A DNA stretch of 64,000 nt from Candidatus Kapaibacterium sp. (GCA_963665665.1 OY762428.1:3744001-3808000), one strand, 5' to 3'. Shown: positions 11,784 to 21,612, numbered from the stretch's first letter. The notes: generated by a model from the letters alone, not told the origin. Made by a program: numbers and translations.

Positions 11784-13019
11784 ATGAATGTTTTAGTGCT
11801 TAATTGCGGAAGTTCATCACTGAAATTTCAGATTGTTGATACTGATTTAGAGAAGATAGGTAACGATGATGATAAGATGTTGGCAAAGGGATTGATAGAA
11901 CGTATTGGTAGTCAGTCACTTATGACATTTCAGGTAATGGGAAAACCTGCAGTTAAAATGGCAACACCTTTAAGAGATCACAGGGCTGCAATTTTCCAAC
12001 TCAAAAAATGGCTTGAATCAGACGAAACAAAAATCCCGGGCCTTACAAGCAACGAAGATATTCATGCTATCGGCCACCGCACAGTACATGGCGGTGAAAG
12101 GTTCAAACGCTCGGTTCTTATAGATAATGAAGTAATTCAGGGTATCGAAGATTGTATCGACCTGGCTCCGCTTCACAATCCTGCAAACCTGAAAGGTATT
12201 TATGCAGCAAGGGAACTTTTTGGCCCTGTTGTTCCTCAGGTAGCAATTTTTGATACTGCATTCCATGCTTCTATGCCACAGTCTCATTACTTGTATGCTA
12301 TTCCTTATCAGCTCTACAGAAGGTATAAGATCAGGCGTTACGGATTCCATGGAACATCTCACAGGTATATACGCTACAGGTATGGCAAAATTACCGGACG
12401 TACACCCGAAGATACCAACATCATTACAATCCACCTTGGCAACGGCGCTTCGGCATGTGCTATTAAAAAAGGAAAGTCAATTGATACTTCAATGGGATTC
12501 ACTCCGCTTGAAGGCCTTATGATGGGTACAAGGTCGGGTGATATTGATCCTGCTATCGTTGAATATCTGTCGCACAAAGAAGGTGCTACACTTGACGAAG
12601 TAATGGCCACATTGAATAAACGTTCAGGCCTTCTCGGCGTGTCCGGCCTTACAAATGATATGCGCGACCTTCTTGAAGAAATTGATGAATTCCACGACAG
12701 GCGTGCGCTTCTTGCAATCGACATGTTTGCTTCCAGAGTTAAAAAATATATTGGTGCTTACATCGCTGAAATGAACGGTTGCGACGCTATCTGCTTCACA
12801 GGCGGTATTGGCGAGAACTCACCTGAAGTACGTCGCCAGATATGTGCAAACTTAGAAAACCTTGGAATCGAGATTGATGACATCCTTAACCAGGATGCTA
12901 TTCGCGGAAAAGAAATGCTGATAAGCACAAAGAGCAAAATTGCAATCTATGTAATTCCCACAAATGAAGAACTCGTAATGGCTCGCGATACAGTACGTTG
13001 TGTTATGAACGCAATATAA
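11784..13019 (+). CDS. ackA: Acetate kinase
   Basis: LNCGSSSLK, GHRTVHGG, APLHNPAN, RRYGFHGTSH, HLGNGAS, TNEE. Confidence 0.97.
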   Translation: MNVLVLNCGSSSLKFQIVDTDLEKIGNDDDKMLAKGLIERIGSQSLMTFQVMGKPAVKMATPLRDHRAAIFQLKKWLESDETKIPGLTSNEDIHAIGHRTVHGGERFKRSVLIDNEVIQGIEDCIDLAPLHNPANLKGIYAARELFGPVVPQVAIFDTAFHASMPQSHYLYAIPYQLYRRYKIRRYGFHGTSHRYIRYRYGKITGRTPEDTNIITIHLGNGASACAIKKGKSIDTSMGFTPLEGLMMGTRSGDIDPAIVEYLSHKEGATLDEVMATLNKRSGLLGVSGLTNDMRDLLEEIDEFHDRRALLAIDMFASRVKKYIGAYIAEMNGCDAICFTGGIGENSPEVRRQICANLENLGIEIDDILNQDAIRGKEMLISTKSKIAIYVIPTNEELVMARDTVRCVMNAI

Positions 13020-13065
13020 AATTTGGAAAATTAAGTTGTTTTAATAAAGATTTACAGGAATTATA

Positions 13066-14049
13066 ATGGCCGATAATACATTTATAAATGGCGTAAGGGC
13101 AAAAGCCGCTGAAATTTGCAAAAGAGTAGCCTTCCCCGATGCAGCAGATGTTAGATCAATTGAAGCATCAAGATTTCTTGCCGACCAGAAACTGGCAGAA
13201 CCGGTACTCGTTGGATATGAAGATGAAATAAAAAAAGTTGCTACTGATAATAATATAAATCTTGATGGTATTGAAATTATCGATCCCAAACAAAGCAATC
13301 TGAGCGAAGAATTCGCCAATATGCTTTTCGAGAAAAGAAAAAATAAAGGAATGACAATAGAACAGGCTAAAGAAACAATTCTTGACCCGCTATATTTTGC
13401 CGGTTATCTTCTTGAAACAGATAATGTTGCAGTTGCTGTTGGCGGTAACGTTTCTTCAACCGGCAACGTACTCCGTGCTGCAATTTATTCAGTGGGCGTT
13501 GCTCCCGGTATTTCAATTGTAAGTTCATACTTCATCATGGTTCTTACAGACGGCAGAATGCTTTGCTTTGCAGATTGTGCCGTTAACCCTGATCCGGATG
13601 CAAAACAGCTTGCAGATATTGCTATTGCTTCAGCAAAGAATTTCCAGTCAGTAACAGGTGAAGAATCAAAAGTTGCCATGCTTTCGTTCTCAACAAAAGG
13701 AAGCGCTGAGCATCCGCTTGTTGATAAAGTACGCGAAGCAACAAAGATCGTTTCTGAAAAAGAACCCAACCTACCGGTTGACGGTGAACTTCAGCTTGAT
13801 GCTGCTATTCTTCCTGCTATCGGTGAAAGAAAAGCTCCCGGATCGAAAGTTGCCGGTAAAGCTAATGTTCTTGTATTCCCGGATCTAAATGCCGGAAATA
13901 TTGGTTACAAACTTACACAGCGTCTTGCAGGCGCCGAAGCTGTCGGGCCGATCGTTCAGGGGCTTGCAAAACCTTATTGCGATCTGTCAAGGGGTTGCAG
14001 CACCGAAGATATGGTTAACGTAGCCTGTATTTGTTCACTGATGGCTTAA
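13066..14049 (+). CDS. pta: Phosphate acetyltransferase (short type)
   Basis: [46 protein letters not shown]. Confidence 0.95.
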   Translation: MADNTFINGVRAKAAEICKRVAFPDAADVRSIEASRFLADQKLAEPVLVGYEDEIKKVATDNNINLDGIEIIDPKQSNLSEEFANMLFEKRKNKGMTIEQAKETILDPLYFAGYLLETDNVAVAVGGNVSSTGNVLRAAIYSVGVAPGISIVSSYFIMVLTDGRMLCFADCAVNPDPDAKQLADIAIASAKNFQSVTGEESKVAMLSFSTKGSAEHPLVDKVREATKIVSEKEPNLPVDGELQLDAAILPAIGERKAPGSKVAGKANVLVFPDLNAGNIGYKLTQRLAGAEAVGPIVQGLAKPYCDLSRGCSTEDMVNVACICSLMA

Positions 14050-14071
14050 GCAGATCACAGATAATAATATT

Positions 14072-14110
14072 ACAATACTACAGAGGCAATGCTTTTGTAG
14101 TATTGTTTTA
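14072..14110 (+). terminator. Terminator-like hairpin between pta and the ammonia-lyase gene
   Basis: ACAATACTACAGAGGC-AAT-GCTTTTGTAGTATTGT followed by TTT. Confidence 0.6.
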
Positions 14111-14162
14111 ATTTAACCGGCAGTTTAAACTGTTTTAGTTAAAACATACAACGAGGTATCTA

Positions 14163-15692
14163 ATGGCTTATGAAATTAAAGGCGAAGGCTTAACAATTGA
14201 CAACCTGGTCAATGTTGCAAGAAATTATGAAGAAGTAAAACTTGCTGATGAATCCGTTGAAAGAATCAAAAAATGCAGGGCATTGCTTGAAAGAAAAATT
14301 GAAGCACGCGAAATCATGTATGGTGTAAATACAGGTATCGGTGAATTTTCTGAAGTTGTTCTTGACGATGACCAGGTGAAAGAATTCCAGAAATACCTTA
14401 TCTATAACCACTCTGCCGGTATAGGTGATCCTGCCCCGATTGAACATATAAGGGGTGCTATGCTTGCAAGGACAAATGTTCATGCACATGGTAATTCGGG
14501 TTGCCGCCCGGAAATAACTCAAACTTATGTAGATTTGCTTAACAAAGGCCTGACGCCGGTTGTTTGCGAAAAAGGCTCGGTTGGAGCATGTGGCGACCTT
14601 GCACCTATGTCACAAATTGCTTTGACGTTGATGGGTGAAGGCGAAGTATTTTTCGAAGGTAAAAGAATGCCTTCGAAAACAGCTATGGAAAAAGTCGGTA
14701 TTCCAATTCCCGGGCTTAAAGCAAGAGACGGTCTGGCAGCTATAAATGGTTCAAATCTTCTCACTGCCATGAGCGCTATTACGCTTCATGATTATAATAA
14801 ATTCCTAAAGATGGCTGAGATTGCCGCTGCTATGTCTCTGGAGGCATTGCTCGCTAACATGAAACCTTATGATATGAGAATTCATCAGCTTCGTGGTTTC
14901 AAAGGGGCGCAGCGCAGCGCTATGGCATTGAATAAATGCCTGGCCGGCTCTGATCTTATCAGTGGTAAAATTAAAACGAAAGTTCAGGATGCATATTCAA
15001 TGCGTTCAACACCGCAGATTATCGGCGCGGCACATGATGCACATGCTTATGCAAGATCTCAGGTTGAAATTGAACTTAACGGAGTAGGTGATAACCCGAT
15101 ATTCATTCCCGATGATGATGTACAGCTTTCAGGAGCTAACTTCCAGGGTACTCCGGTTGCTGTTCCAATGGATATGGCAGGTTCATCAGTAACTATGGTC
15201 AGCGTTTTGTCTGAACGCCGACTGAACAGGCTTCTCAATCCTGCCCTCAGTGTCGGTCTGCCGGCATTTCTTACTAAAGGAGCGGGAATGTTCTCAGGCC
15301 TGATGCTTAGCCAATATACAGCAGATATGCTTATTGTTGAGCAGAGAATTCTTTCAAACCCGGCATCAATTCAGTCTATACCTGCTGCTGCAGACCAGGA
15401 GGACTTTGTATCGATGGGAATGAATACAGCACTGAAAAATAACCAGATACTTGATAATGCTTACGGAGTACTCGGAATAGAATTCATGGCTGCCGCACAG
15501 GCTCTTGATATCAGAGATTTCAATAATGGCGACGGTGTTATGGCTGCACGCAAGGTAATCCGTGAACATGTTGAATTCCTGGAAATTGACAGGCCACTTT
15601 ATAAAGACCATAACACTATGAAAGAACTTGTAAGATCAGGAAAAATTCTTGAAGCAGTTGAAGCTGTCGTTGGCAGCCTCGAAACAGAATAA
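14163..15692 (+). CDS. MIO-dependent aromatic amino acid ammonia-lyase/aminomutase family (HAL-like), substrate uncertain
   Basis: YGVNTG, GSVGACGDLAP (MIO site with Cys), INGS, QDAYSMR, DNP, QEDFVSMG. Confidence 0.88.
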   Translation: MAYEIKGEGLTIDNLVNVARNYEEVKLADESVERIKKCRALLERKIEAREIMYGVNTGIGEFSEVVLDDDQVKEFQKYLIYNHSAGIGDPAPIEHIRGAMLARTNVHAHGNSGCRPEITQTYVDLLNKGLTPVVCEKGSVGACGDLAPMSQIALTLMGEGEVFFEGKRMPSKTAMEKVGIPIPGLKARDGLAAINGSNLLTAMSAITLHDYNKFLKMAEIAAAMSLEALLANMKPYDMRIHQLRGFKGAQRSAMALNKCLAGSDLISGKIKTKVQDAYSMRSTPQIIGAAHDAHAYARSQVEIELNGVGDNPIFIPDDDVQLSGANFQGTPVAVPMDMAGSSVTMVSVLSERRLNRLLNPALSVGLPAFLTKGAGMFSGLMLSQYTADMLIVEQRILSNPASIQSIPAAADQEDFVSMGMNTALKNNQILDNAYGVLGIEFMAAAQALDIRDFNNGDGVMAARKVIREHVEFLEIDRPLYKDHNTMKELVRSGKILEAVEAVVGSLETE

Positions 15693-15724
15693 TTGTTATA
15701 ATAATAAATCATACGGAGATATTC

Positions 15725-16621
15725 ATGGAGTTAAAATCCCTGAATGATTTAATAGAAATCGCAAAACAGAAACCAAAAAAGAAAATTGCTGTAGCTGCTG
15801 CTGCCGACGAACCCGTACTCCAGGCAGTTGCTGATGCTATGCAGGCCGGAATTGCAGATCCTATTCTTGTTGGAAATGAAAAAAACATCAGGGATATTGC
15901 GGCAAAAATTAATTTCAATCTTGATAATGTTGAAGTTATCAACGAAGAAAATGCTGCCAGGGCTGCAATTAAGTGTGTAAAGATAATCCGCGACGGTGAA
16001 GCCCAGATAATCATGAAGGGCCTTGTAGCCACTGCTGATTATCTGCGTGCCATTCTGAACAAAGAACACGGCCTTAGAAAAGGTTCGCTTCTTTCTCATA
16101 TCGGATTTTTCGAAGTACCGGTTTATCATAAACTACTTGCTTTGACCGATGCAGCTCAGAATATTGCCCCCAACCTTATGGAAAAGGTCGGTATTCTTAA
16201 TAATTCGATTGATATGTTCCACCACCTCGGTATTGAAAAGCCTAAAGTTGCTATGCTGGGAGCAGTTGAAACAGTCAACCCGAAAATGGAATCTACTATT
16301 GATTCAGCTGCCATCACACAAATGTACAGAAGAGGGCAGATAAAAGATTGTATGATTGACGGCCCTCTGGCTTTCGACAACACAATATCAATGGAAGCTA
16401 CAAAACATAAAGGAATTGTAAGTGAAGTAGCAGGCGATGCCGACTTACTTTTCGCTCCGAATATTGAAGTTGGAAACGTTCTTTACAAGTGTTTCACATA
16501 CTTCGGTGGCGCTACGGTAGCTGCTGTTATTCTTGGAGCTTCAGTTCCTGTTGTTCTTACATCCAGGGCCGATTCTGATAAGAGCAAGTTAATGTCTCTG
16601 GCTTTAGCTGCATCCTATTGA
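15725..16621 (+). CDS. ptb: Phosphate butyryltransferase
   Basis: MKGLVATAD, TDAAQNIAP, DGPLAFDN, GNVLYK, VLTSRAD; directly upstream of buk. Confidence 0.9.
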   Translation: MELKSLNDLIEIAKQKPKKKIAVAAAADEPVLQAVADAMQAGIADPILVGNEKNIRDIAAKINFNLDNVEVINEENAARAAIKCVKIIRDGEAQIIMKGLVATADYLRAILNKEHGLRKGSLLSHIGFFEVPVYHKLLALTDAAQNIAPNLMEKVGILNNSIDMFHHLGIEKPKVAMLGAVETVNPKMESTIDSAAITQMYRRGQIKDCMIDGPLAFDNTISMEATKHKGIVSEVAGDADLLFAPNIEVGNVLYKCFTYFGGATVAAVILGASVPVVLTSRADSDKSKLMSLALAASY

Positions 16622-16666
16622 TTTGAATTATAAATTTTTTTGTATAATTGACCAACAGATTGGAAA

Positions 16667-17737
16667 ATGAAAATACTAACAATTAATCCGGGTTCCACAT
16701 CAACAAAAATTGCTGTTTTTAATAATTTGGAATCTGTGTTCGAAAAAACTTTGCGCCACTCGGTGGATGAGCTTGCAGATTTTCAAAATATTACCGACCA
16801 GTTTGAATTCAGGCGCAATATTATACTTGATTGTTTGAAAGAAGAAAATATTTCTGTTGATTCTTTCGATGCAATAGCCGGCAGGGGTGGAATGTTGAAA
16901 TCCATTCCGGGCGGAGTTTACAGGGTAAACCAGGTTATGATAGAAGACCTGAAAAAAGGTGTTCAGGGCGAGCATGCTTCAAATCTTGGTGGCATACTTG
17001 CCAGAGAGATTGCTCAGGAAACAAAGCATCCTGAAAATGCTTTTATCGTGGATCCTGTTGTTGTTGACGAGATGGAAGATATTGCCCGCTATTCCGGGCT
17101 TCCGGATATGCCAAGAGTAAGTATATTCCACGCTTTGAACCAGAAAGCTGTAGCCAGGCGCTATGCCAGGGAACACGATCTTGATTATAAAGATATTAAT
17201 CTTATCGTTGTTCATCTCGGCGGGGGTATAACCGTTGGTGCACACAGGCGCGGCCGGGTGGTTGATGTTAATAACGGACTCGACGGCGAAGGGCCGTTCT
17301 CGCCAGAAAGAGCCGGCACAGTACCTGTTGGCGCACTGATGAGACTTTGCTTCTCTGGTAAATATCAGCTTCATGAAGTAAAGAAAATGTGCGTTGGAAA
17401 AGGTGGTATGGTATCATACATGGGCACTAACGATGCTTATGAAGTAGAATTGATGATGGAAAAAGGCGACCAGAAAGCAAAGGACTGCTATCTTGCGATG
17501 GCATACCAGGTGGCTAAGGATGTTGGTGCCAATGCAACAGTGCTTAAAGGCGAGGTGGATCAGATTCTGATAACAGGAGGCCTTGCAAGGTCCAAACCTT
17601 TCGTTGATATGATCAAAGAAAGAATTTCTTTCCTTGCCCCGGTATCAGTTTATCCCGGTGAGGACGAACTTCAGGCATTAGCTGAAAACGTTCATTACGC
17701 TATGCTTGGCGAACGCCAGATAAAAGAATACCTCTGA
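16667..17737 (+). CDS. buk: Butyrate kinase (branched/short-chain acyl kinase)
   Basis: INPGSTSTK, HASNLG, FHALNQKA, HLGGGITVGAH, GPFSPERAG, YPGEDE. Confidence 0.95.
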   Translation: MKILTINPGSTSTKIAVFNNLESVFEKTLRHSVDELADFQNITDQFEFRRNIILDCLKEENISVDSFDAIAGRGGMLKSIPGGVYRVNQVMIEDLKKGVQGEHASNLGGILAREIAQETKHPENAFIVDPVVVDEMEDIARYSGLPDMPRVSIFHALNQKAVARRYAREHDLDYKDINLIVVHLGGGITVGAHRRGRVVDVNNGLDGEGPFSPERAGTVPVGALMRLCFSGKYQLHEVKKMCVGKGGMVSYMGTNDAYEVELMMEKGDQKAKDCYLAMAYQVAKDVGANATVLKGEVDQILITGGLARSKPFVDMIKERISFLAPVSVYPGEDELQALAENVHYAMLGERQIKEYL

Positions 17738-17762
17738 TAGTTACATATAATTTGTTTATAGG

Positions 17763-17790
17763 ATCCCGGCTTCGAAGTCGGGATTTTTAT
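17763..17790 (+). terminator. Intrinsic terminator after buk
   Basis: ATCCCGGC-TTCGAA-GTCGGGAT followed by TTTTAT. Confidence 0.8.
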
Positions 17791-17909
17791 TATTTATCGG
17801 CTTGCTTTTTATATTTATTTTGATTTCCTGATTAAATATATAAAAGATTCAATCAGGGTAACAACTCAGCATAAAGGAAGAGTATGTTAGATATGGTTAA
17901 TAATACCAG

Positions 17910-18009
17910 AAAATGTCACTCTGAACGAAGTGAAGAGTCTATTCTTCATAATTTTATCCTAAAAACAAGTGGATTCTTCAGTCGCTTCGCTCCTTCAGAA
18001 TGACATTTT
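17910..18009. repeat. Bipartite palindromic REP-like element (GTCA...TGAC type)
   Basis: AAAATGTCACTCTGAACGAAGTGAAGAGTCT ... GGATTCTTCAGTCGCTTCGCTCCTTCAGAATGACATTTT; two inverted halves around a ~30-nt spacer. Confidence 0.7.
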
Positions 18010-18165
18010 TGCAATTATTCTTTTCAAAAACAGAATAATATTATATTTGCTGAGTAGTATTCAATCAGGTAATACTGAAACATCATCATATCAATACCCG
18101 GGAAGAATGTTAATAATCTTTAAATTAGTACTTTGAGTGAATCATATCAATAGGGATGTAACTAT

Positions 18166-18203
18166 CAAAAAAAGAAAAACCCGCGAAAATTTTTAGCGGG
18201 TTT
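18166..18203 (-). terminator. Intrinsic terminator downstream of tRNA-Met
   Basis: Minus strand AAACCCGC...GCGGGTTT hairpin followed by TTCTTTTTTT. Confidence 0.7.
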
Positions 18204-18211
18204 AAGTTTTG

Positions 18212-18285
18212 TACCGGAGGACGGATTTGAACCGCCGACACTCGGATTATGATTCCGATGCTCTAACCAACTGAGCTACTCCGGC
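18212..18285 (-). tRNA. tRNA-Met(CAT), elongator type; CCA not encoded
   Basis: Reverse complement GCCGGAGTAGCTCAGTTGGTTAGAGCATCGGAATCATAATCCGAGTGTCGGCGGTTCAAATCCGTCCTCCGGTA folds into a cloverleaf with anticodon CAT and lacks initiator features. Confidence 0.93.
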
Positions 18286-18298
18286 TCACAAGAGAATT

Positions 18299-18306
18299 CA
18301 AATATA
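18299..18306 (-). promoter_or_regulatory. -7 promoter box for the tRNA
   Basis: TATATTTG on the minus strand 13 nt upstream of the tRNA 5' end, with TTG about 20 nt further upstream. Confidence 0.55.
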
Positions 18307-18343
18307 CGGCTAATTTTTATAATGCGCAAGAACTTTTTAATAT

Positions 18344-18955
18344 TTATCCTTCGGATCCTGTCATTTTGTTCAATTCGTCTCTAAGTTCCGCGGCCTTTTC
18401 GTAGTTTTCTTCCTGAATTGCTTTTTCAAGCTGCATCTGCAGCATTTCAAGTTTGGATTTAGGCTGATCTTCCTCTTTAGGTTTATCCGGTTTTTTCATG
18501 AAACCAAGATCGTCTTCCTCATCTTCAGAGGCAGGAAAGTCTTCTTCACCTTCCTGCGGAGCCAATCCTGTTTCGTCCAAAATGCCACTGTTCACATATA
18601 TCGGAGCTCCGCAACGGACAGCAAGCGCTATGGCATCGCTCGGCCTGGAGTCTATTTCAAGGTTAATGGATTCAAATATCAGTTTGGCATAGAAAGTACC
18701 GTCTCTAAGTTCATTTATGAAAACTTCAGTAAGTGAAGTCCCCATTTTGTCGATCAATGATTTCATAAGGTCATGAGTCATAGGACGCGGGGGAACAACT
18801 CCTTCCATTTCAAGAGCTATAGCCTGGGCTTCAAATGCCCCGATAATAATTGGCAGCCTCCTGCTGCCTTCTGATTCCTTTAAAATTAAAGCGTAGGCGT
18901 TATTACTTGCCGGGCTGGCTGACAATCCCAAAACTACGAGTTGAATTTTTTCCAT
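18344..18955 (-). CDS. Bifunctional nuclease (DUF151/BFN) family protein with C-terminal UvrB/UvrC motif
   Basis: LPIIIGAFEAQAI, RPMTHDL, DSRPSDAIALA; C-terminal AIQEENYEKAAELRD. Confidence 0.92.
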   Translation of the reverse strand: MEKIQLVVLGLSASPASNNAYALILKESEGSRRLPIIIGAFEAQAIALEMEGVVPPRPMTHDLMKSLIDKMGTSLTEVFINELRDGTFYAKLIFESINLEIDSRPSDAIALAVRCGAPIYVNSGILDETGLAPQEGEEDFPASEDEEDDLGFMKKPDKPKEEDQPKSKLEMLQMQLEKAIQEENYEKAAELRDELNKMTGSEG

Positions 18956-19114
18956 TCCTTGTCTATTCTCTGTTCAATTAAAAAAATATTCCGGTTTACA
19001 GACTTTTTCAATGTCCTTTTATTGCAGTTCGAATAACTGCAAAATGTATTTTAATTTTTCTGCAATATATAAAATGAATTCTTAAAATTAACTTTCTTTT
19101 ATTCCCTAAATCAA

Positions 19115-20623
19115 TTATTCCATCATATCAATAATATTATCAAGTATTGTATCCCGCACTTTAAGTAATGCTACGGCTACGGCAATTCTCCTCGATAACA
19201 GCGGCTGGTTTTCCCTGGATACATTTTCCCTGCCAATCATCATTATCGAAGAACCGCCGCCATCAAGATTCATGGCATTCCATGAGCCTGTCTTTTTCAT
19301 TATTACAGCTAAATCCTGCAGGGATGCCCCTTTGGTTCCCCATTTACGGCTTCCCGGCTGAACAACTCCAAGGTAGAGAGTATCCCCGTTTTGGCTGGCT
19401 CCGATTGCTGTTCTTGGCAGGTGCCGGCTAATAAATCGCCTGCTGCGCGAGCCTTCGAATCTGGCCTCGTGTTCAGCTTTTCCGTTTGTTACCAGGCGGG
19501 GAGTGGCAGACAGGCCAGTTAAAAATTCAATATCAGAAAACTTGTCAGTTTTAGTCATCAGGTATATTGTATCTCCGATCCGGGGTATCAGATTCCGGGG
19601 TATATCAGTTCCGAAAGATAGAACGGCTCCGTTTTCCGGCACCCCAATCGATGTATTAGCCCTGTCGGTAACCTTACACTGGATTTCCCTGTTGATTGCG
19701 GGTTCGTCAATAAATTCTAAAGCTATTTTTTCAAGAGAAAATTCAATATCGGAAATTTTTTTGTTTCTGATTACTTCGGCTTCATATTCATCCATATCGA
19801 ATTCTTCTTCAGTCTGGTCGTCGAAAATTGTATCCTGCAATTGTTCCATCATAGCCTGGTCCAGTATCTGGTCCAATTCCAAATCAAATACAGACGGAAT
19901 CGAATCGCCTGCAAAATGATTATACATTACAATGCCATTTTCAGATTTCCTGCGGTTCACATAGTCAACATCAATTATTCTGCTTTTCCTGTCGATAATT
20001 GTTGTTTTAAGTTGAAATCTGCCAAAATATGGTTTATTATCATAATCAAAAAAAACCGAACTCCATTTTTTATAAGAAGGCATTTCAATTATGTAACCAT
20101 TTACAAATGTGGGGCCTATTGGAAAAACATTATATGCCTTCCAGAAACTACCATTTACGGCTCCGACAACAGACCACTCAGTTGTTGCATCGTAGGTATC
20201 GGCCATATTGTGAAGTTTTTGCAAAGTACCAGCTTTATTATTTGCAAGCATTACGGCAAGCGAACAATTAGGATTTTTCAGATCGGCTTCAAGAAGGTGC
20301 AGAATATGCTGATACCTGCCGCCTTTTATTTTTATCATTTTGTAACGAATACCTTCGGATAAAGTGGTGTCGATGATTACTTTATCCCTTGCAATGCACA
20401 TTTGCCGGTTAAATGGCAAAATAAAAGATATTGCTAATATAAGATAAACAGTAAATTTAATTCTTGAGAGATAAGTTTCATTAGTCAATTGAAACGATGT
20501 CAGGAAGTCGGATATTCCCGACGAAACCTGAGGGTAAATATACCGCAACCTGCTGCGGAATCCGTTTCCAAACTTTACTTTGTGGTTCATATCCCTGATT
20601 TTTCTTTCTGCCATATTATCCAA
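19115..20623 (-). CDS. Phosphodiester glycosidase (NAGPA/DUF2233) family exported protein; start uncertain
   Basis: AVNGSF, PRTAIG and AMNLDGGGSS motifs. Confidence 0.82.
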   Translation of the reverse strand: MDNMAERKIRDMNHKVKFGNGFRSRLRYIYPQVSSGISDFLTSFQLTNETYLSRIKFTVYLILAISFILPFNRQMCIARDKVIIDTTLSEGIRYKMIKIKGGRYQHILHLLEADLKNPNCSLAVMLANNKAGTLQKLHNMADTYDATTEWSVVGAVNGSFWKAYNVFPIGPTFVNGYIIEMPSYKKWSSVFFDYDNKPYFGRFQLKTTIIDRKSRIIDVDYVNRRKSENGIVMYNHFAGDSIPSVFDLELDQILDQAMMEQLQDTIFDDQTEEEFDMDEYEAEVIRNKKISDIEFSLEKIALEFIDEPAINREIQCKVTDRANTSIGVPENGAVLSFGTDIPRNLIPRIGDTIYLMTKTDKFSDIEFLTGLSATPRLVTNGKAEHEARFEGSRSRRFISRHLPRTAIGASQNGDTLYLGVVQPGSRKWGTKGASLQDLAVIMKKTGSWNAMNLDGGGSSIMMIGRENVSRENQPLLSRRIAVAVALLKVRDTILDNIIDMME

Positions 20624-21553
20624 TCGTCAAAATAAATTTTATTTAATATATTTACCATTAAAGAAACCGAAATATCTTCAAACCGAAAATTAACCATTGT
20701 CGGGTATATTTACTAAAAAAAGATATCTTCTTTTTATGAAAATATTAATAATCATAAACAAATAAATACTTTCGGGTACATCAGCAAAAGCAAAGATCGA
20801 ACCATCGAAGCGAACTGGTTTTTCAGCACAGGCTGGATTGATCTATGTTTTGCATCGCCCTGCAATCTTCTTTACCGGCATAAATATTTGCTTTGCTAAG
20901 TTTAAGTTATAAAATCAAATAAACAATTTAGAATATAATTAGCTTAAGTAATACTATTATCAATCTAAATTACCATATTTTAATATCTTATCAGAATATT
21001 AGTAATTATCTCAATTAAATTATCTATTAATATTATTATTTTTTTGAGGTGTTATAAAATATTATCTGTTGAAATAATAAAATTAATAATCAAAAATATT
21101 ATATAATCGATATAAATTATAAATGATATAATTGATCTAATATTAAAGTTAAACTAAATAAATAGTAATATTATTAATAAATATTATCTGACAGATATGG
21201 AATATTATTATTTATAAATTTAAAATTATAATATGAACCAATAATATTATTATTTATATAAAAAGTTTAGTTAGATGAACTATATCAAGGCTTAGATATA
21301 ATATATATTTTATTATAAATATTATATAATTTATATGATTAGTATGTATTTTAATATTATAGATTAATTATTTGATGATTTGATCAATCTATAGATATTG
21401 TTCAGGCTAAGAGTTGTAATTCCAGAGTCTGTCAGGAATGAAACAAGGCCGGAAAAAGCTTCAATACTTCCTGAAATGGCAATTGAAAGCCCTGCAAACA
21501 AAATATTAAGATAGAATTTCAGTTTTATTATGGCAAACAGGTTTGAAGATAGG

Positions 21554-21588
21554 AACTTATCCGATGGCCTTAAGCCACCGGATGAGTT
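21554..21588. repeat. REP-like hairpin downstream of the ABC permease
   Basis: AACTTATCCGATGGC-CTTAA-GCCACCGGATGAGTT imperfect palindrome with no clear U-tract on either strand. Confidence 0.5.
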
Positions 21589-21612
21589 GTTTAAACAAAT
21601 GAAAATAATTAA

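Noticed and set aside
14163-15692. Calling the lyase hutH
   Set aside because: The specificity residues are mixed and no other hut genes are adjacent, so the symbol was withheld.
18212-18285. tRNA as initiator fMet or Ile2, or as a prophage/ICE attachment site
   Set aside because: It has no C1:A72 mismatch or GGG/CCC anticodon stem and resembles elongator Met. I saw no integrase or duplicated tRNA 3' end in the window.
20900-21400. CRISPR array or canonical oriC in the AT-rich tract
   Set aside because: There is no constant 23-47-bp repeat with unique spacers, no cas genes, no TTATCCACA-type boxes found and no dnaA/dnaN nearby. It is kept only as an unexplained tract.
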